Shown: piece by piece, positions 23,787-25,606 of the stretch
How positions within the stretch are numbered: position 1 is the stretch's first letter
How the letters are laid out: the number at the start of each line of letters is the position of its first letter
From: Acidimicrobiia bacterium
Lineage (GTDB): Bacteria > Actinomycetota > Acidimicrobiia > IMCC26256 > JAENVU01
Assembly: GCA_036557185.1 (NCBI GenBank)
Contig: DATBHZ010000151.1
Location: 1-25,606 of the forward strand
Direction: 5' to 3'
DNA: 25,606 nt
Made by a program: the position numbers and the translations under genes
Notes under the pieces: generated by a model
Databases searched by the model: none
Told to the model about the DNA's origin: nothing
Seen by the model: the letters and a program-made list of their open reading frames with translations, nothing else

Positions 23787-25442
23787 ATGACCGCCGCTCA
23801 GACGACCGCGCTGCCCCAGAGCGCGAGCGAGGCACTCGACCCGCGTCGTTGGTGGATGCTCGCCGTCCTCTGCCTCAGTCTCCTGATCGTCTTCGTCGGG
23901 AACTCCACCCTCAACGTCGCGATCCCGACGCTCGCACGGGATCTGAACGCGACCGAGTCGGAGCTGCAGTGGGTCGTCGCGGCGTACTCGCTCGTGTTCG
24001 CGGGCCTGCTGTTCTCGACAGGGGCGATCGGTGATCGCTTCGGCCGCAAGGGCGCTCTGCAGTTCGGGCTCGCCGGCTTCCTCGTCGCATCCACGCTCGC
24101 CGCGTTCTCGACCGAGATGTGGCAGCTCATCGCGTGCCGCGCTGCGATGGGCGCCGCGGCCGCCTTCATCATGCCGTCGACGCTCTCGATCCTCGTCAAC
24201 GCCTTCCCCGTGCACGAACGCCCGAAGGCGATCGCGATATGGGCGGCCACGACCGGCGCCGCGGGAGCGATCGGACCGGTCGCCAGCGGCTGGCTGCTGG
24301 GCCACTTCTGGTACGGCTCGGTGTTCCTGGTGAACGTGCCGATCATCGGGCTCGCGCTCGTGTCCGGGTTCTTCCTGGTCCCGAAGTCGCGCGACCCGGA
24401 GCAGGGCAAGCTCGACCCGATCGGCGCGGTCTTGTCGATCATCGGGCTGTCGTCGCTCGTCTTCGCCCTCATCGAGGCGCCCGACAAGGGCTGGTCGAGC
24501 AGCGCGACGCTCGGAGCGTTCCTCGTGGCCGCGATCGTCTTGACGCTGTTCGTGCTGTGGGAGCTGCGCGTCGACGAGCCGATGCTCGACATGCGCTACT
24601 TCCGCTCACCTGCATTCAGCACCGGCACCGGCGGAATGATCCTCATCTTCCTCGCGATGTACGGCGTGATGTTCCTCATCACCCAGTACTTCCAGCTCGT
24701 GCTCGACTACAGCCCGCTCGGCGCCGCGCTCCGGTTGCTTCCCATCGCGCCGATCATGATCATCGTGTCGCCGATGACGCCGCGGCTCGCGGCGAGATTC
24801 GGCGCGCACCGGACGGTCGCGAGCGGGATGGTCGGCATCACGATCGGCTTCCTGCTGTTCGCTGCGATCGGCACGCACACCCCGTACCTCTACGTGCTCA
24901 TCGCGCTGATCCCTCTCGTCACGGGTATGGCACTCTCGATGTCGCCGATGACTGCATCGATCATGTCCGCCGTACCGACGCGCCGCGCCGGCTCGGGCTC
25001 CGCGACGAACGACGCGACCCGCGAGCTGGGTGCGGCACTCGGCGTCGCCGTCCTGGGCAGCCTCGCCGCCTCGAAGTACGCGAGCTCGCTCAGCAGCGTG
25101 CTGCACCTCGTCCCCGCGGCCGACCATGCCAAGGCGACCAGCTCCATCGCGGGAGCCATCCAAGTCGCGCAAGGACTGCCGGCGAGTGCTGCCCGAACGG
25201 TGACGTTGGCAGCGCAGCAGGCGTGGGTCGACGGCATCCAGCTCGCGGTGATCGTGGGCGCGGTCCTGTCGACGATCGCCGCGGTCATCGTCTGGCGATT
25301 CCTCCCGCACTCGCTCGCACCCGAGAGCGCTCTGCACGGCCCGGTCGAAGCAATGGAGGAGGCAGCCGAGCTCGGGATCGCGGGCGTCCCGCCCGCCTTC
25401 GCCGACCAGGAGCCCGAGCCGTCCGAGGTCGTCTCACCGTGA
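23787..25442 (+). CDS. MFS transporter, DHA2 (EmrB/QacA, 14-TMS) drug:H+ antiporter family
   Basis: LNVAIPTLARDL, GAIGDRFGRKGAL, and 14 hydrophobic segments. Divergent from the TetR gene. Confidence 0.9.
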   Translation: MTAAQTTALPQSASEALDPRRWWMLAVLCLSLLIVFVGNSTLNVAIPTLARDLNATESELQWVVAAYSLVFAGLLFSTGAIGDRFGRKGALQFGLAGFLVASTLAAFSTEMWQLIACRAAMGAAAAFIMPSTLSILVNAFPVHERPKAIAIWAATTGAAGAIGPVASGWLLGHFWYGSVFLVNVPIIGLALVSGFFLVPKSRDPEQGKLDPIGAVLSIIGLSSLVFALIEAPDKGWSSSATLGAFLVAAIVLTLFVLWELRVDEPMLDMRYFRSPAFSTGTGGMILIFLAMYGVMFLITQYFQLVLDYSPLGAALRLLPIAPIMIIVSPMTPRLAARFGAHRTVASGMVGITIGFLLFAAIGTHTPYLYVLIALIPLVTGMALSMSPMTASIMSAVPTRRAGSGSATNDATRELGAALGVAVLGSLAASKYASSLSSVLHLVPAADHAKATSSIAGAIQVAQGLPASAARTVTLAAQQAWVDGIQLAVIVGAVLSTIAAVIVWRFLPHSLAPESALHGPVEAMEEAAELGIAGVPPAFADQEPEPSEVVSP

Positions 25443-25606
25443 CGTCGCCCGCCATCGAGGCCGAGCAGGACGTTCCCCCCGGCCTCGACCCGCGCCGTTG
25501 GATCACCCTCGTCATCGTCATCTTCTCGGTGCTCATCGTCGCGCTCGACACGACGGTGCTCACCGTCTCGCTCCCCACGATCCTGCGCGATCTCGACACC
25601 ACGTTG
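25439..25606 (+). CDS. Second DHA2-family MFS transporter, N-terminal 56 codons; continues beyond the window
   Basis: The GTG start overlaps the upstream stop (GTGA). RRWITLVIVIFSVLIVALDTTVLTVSLPTILRDLDTTL is the same family signature as the upstream paralog. Confidence 0.75.
   Translation, partial: MTSPAIEAEQDVPPGLDPRRWITLVIVIFSVLIVALDTTVLTVSLPTILRDLDTTL

Noticed and set aside
1-25606. tRNA/rRNA genes, CRISPR arrays, IS elements, integrases and phage genes
   Set aside because: No T-loop-like GGTTCGAATCC cores lie outside coding sequence. There are no repeat-spacer arrays and no transposase, integrase or recombinase-like ORFs. GC content is uniform apart from short promoter and terminator patches.

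Overview
This is a high-GC (~70%) chromosomal window, probably from an actinobacterium, carrying about 28 protein-coding genes on both strands. Many GTG starts are translated as M in the ORF track. Large Arg/Pro-rich antisense ORFs are frame artefacts of GC-rich DNA and were ignored.

Genes called, in order:
- rsmI (3'-truncated), a DUF192 gene, and a YchF-family ATPase homolog with degenerate nucleotide-binding motifs.
- A 28-codon bL37-like basic ribosomal peptide gene that the ORF track missed.
- A small membrane protein, then an Rrf2 regulator translationally coupled (ATGA overlap) to an NAD-binding epimerase/NmrA-like gene.
- A PH-domain membrane protein, an epoxide hydrolase, and a divergently transcribed enoyl-CoA hydratase.
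- A Tat-secreted sulfite-oxidase-family (MsrP/YedY-like) molybdoenzyme with a b-type cytochrome partner.
- serC, followed by a protein built from tandem NIPSNAP/Dabb-like repeats.
- A minus-strand envelope operon: a 778-aa secreted alpha/beta-hydrolase lipoprotein, a PIG-L/LmbE deacetylase, and a polytopic membrane protein with a Cys/His-rich ectodomain.
- An acyl-CoA synthetase convergent with a Zn-dependent alcohol dehydrogenase.
- A small PH-like ORF, a 693-aa flotillin, a VIT/CCC1 transporter and an SDR.
- A sulfotransferase and a TauE/SafE exporter flanking the largest non-coding region (~286 bp).
- A TetR regulator divergent from two tandem, GTGA-coupled DHA2 MFS efflux genes.

I found no tRNA or rRNA genes, CRISPR arrays, IS elements or phage genes.

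Features readable directly from the sequence:
- Several leaderless-type promoters (-35/-10 hexamers ending 6-7 nt before the start codon), one with a perfect 12-bp AT-rich palindromic operator upstream of the Rrf2 gene.
- A hairpin that sequesters the bL37 ribosome-binding site.
- An unusually AT-rich nested 13+6 bp inverted repeat plus a (GAG)5 microsatellite between the convergent acyl-CoA synthetase and alcohol dehydrogenase genes.
- A GNRA-loop hairpin between convergent genes near 9.6 kb.
- Palindromes in the TetR/MFS control region.

Hand-indexed motif coordinates may be off by +/-1-2 nt. CDS coordinates are anchored to the ORF track.
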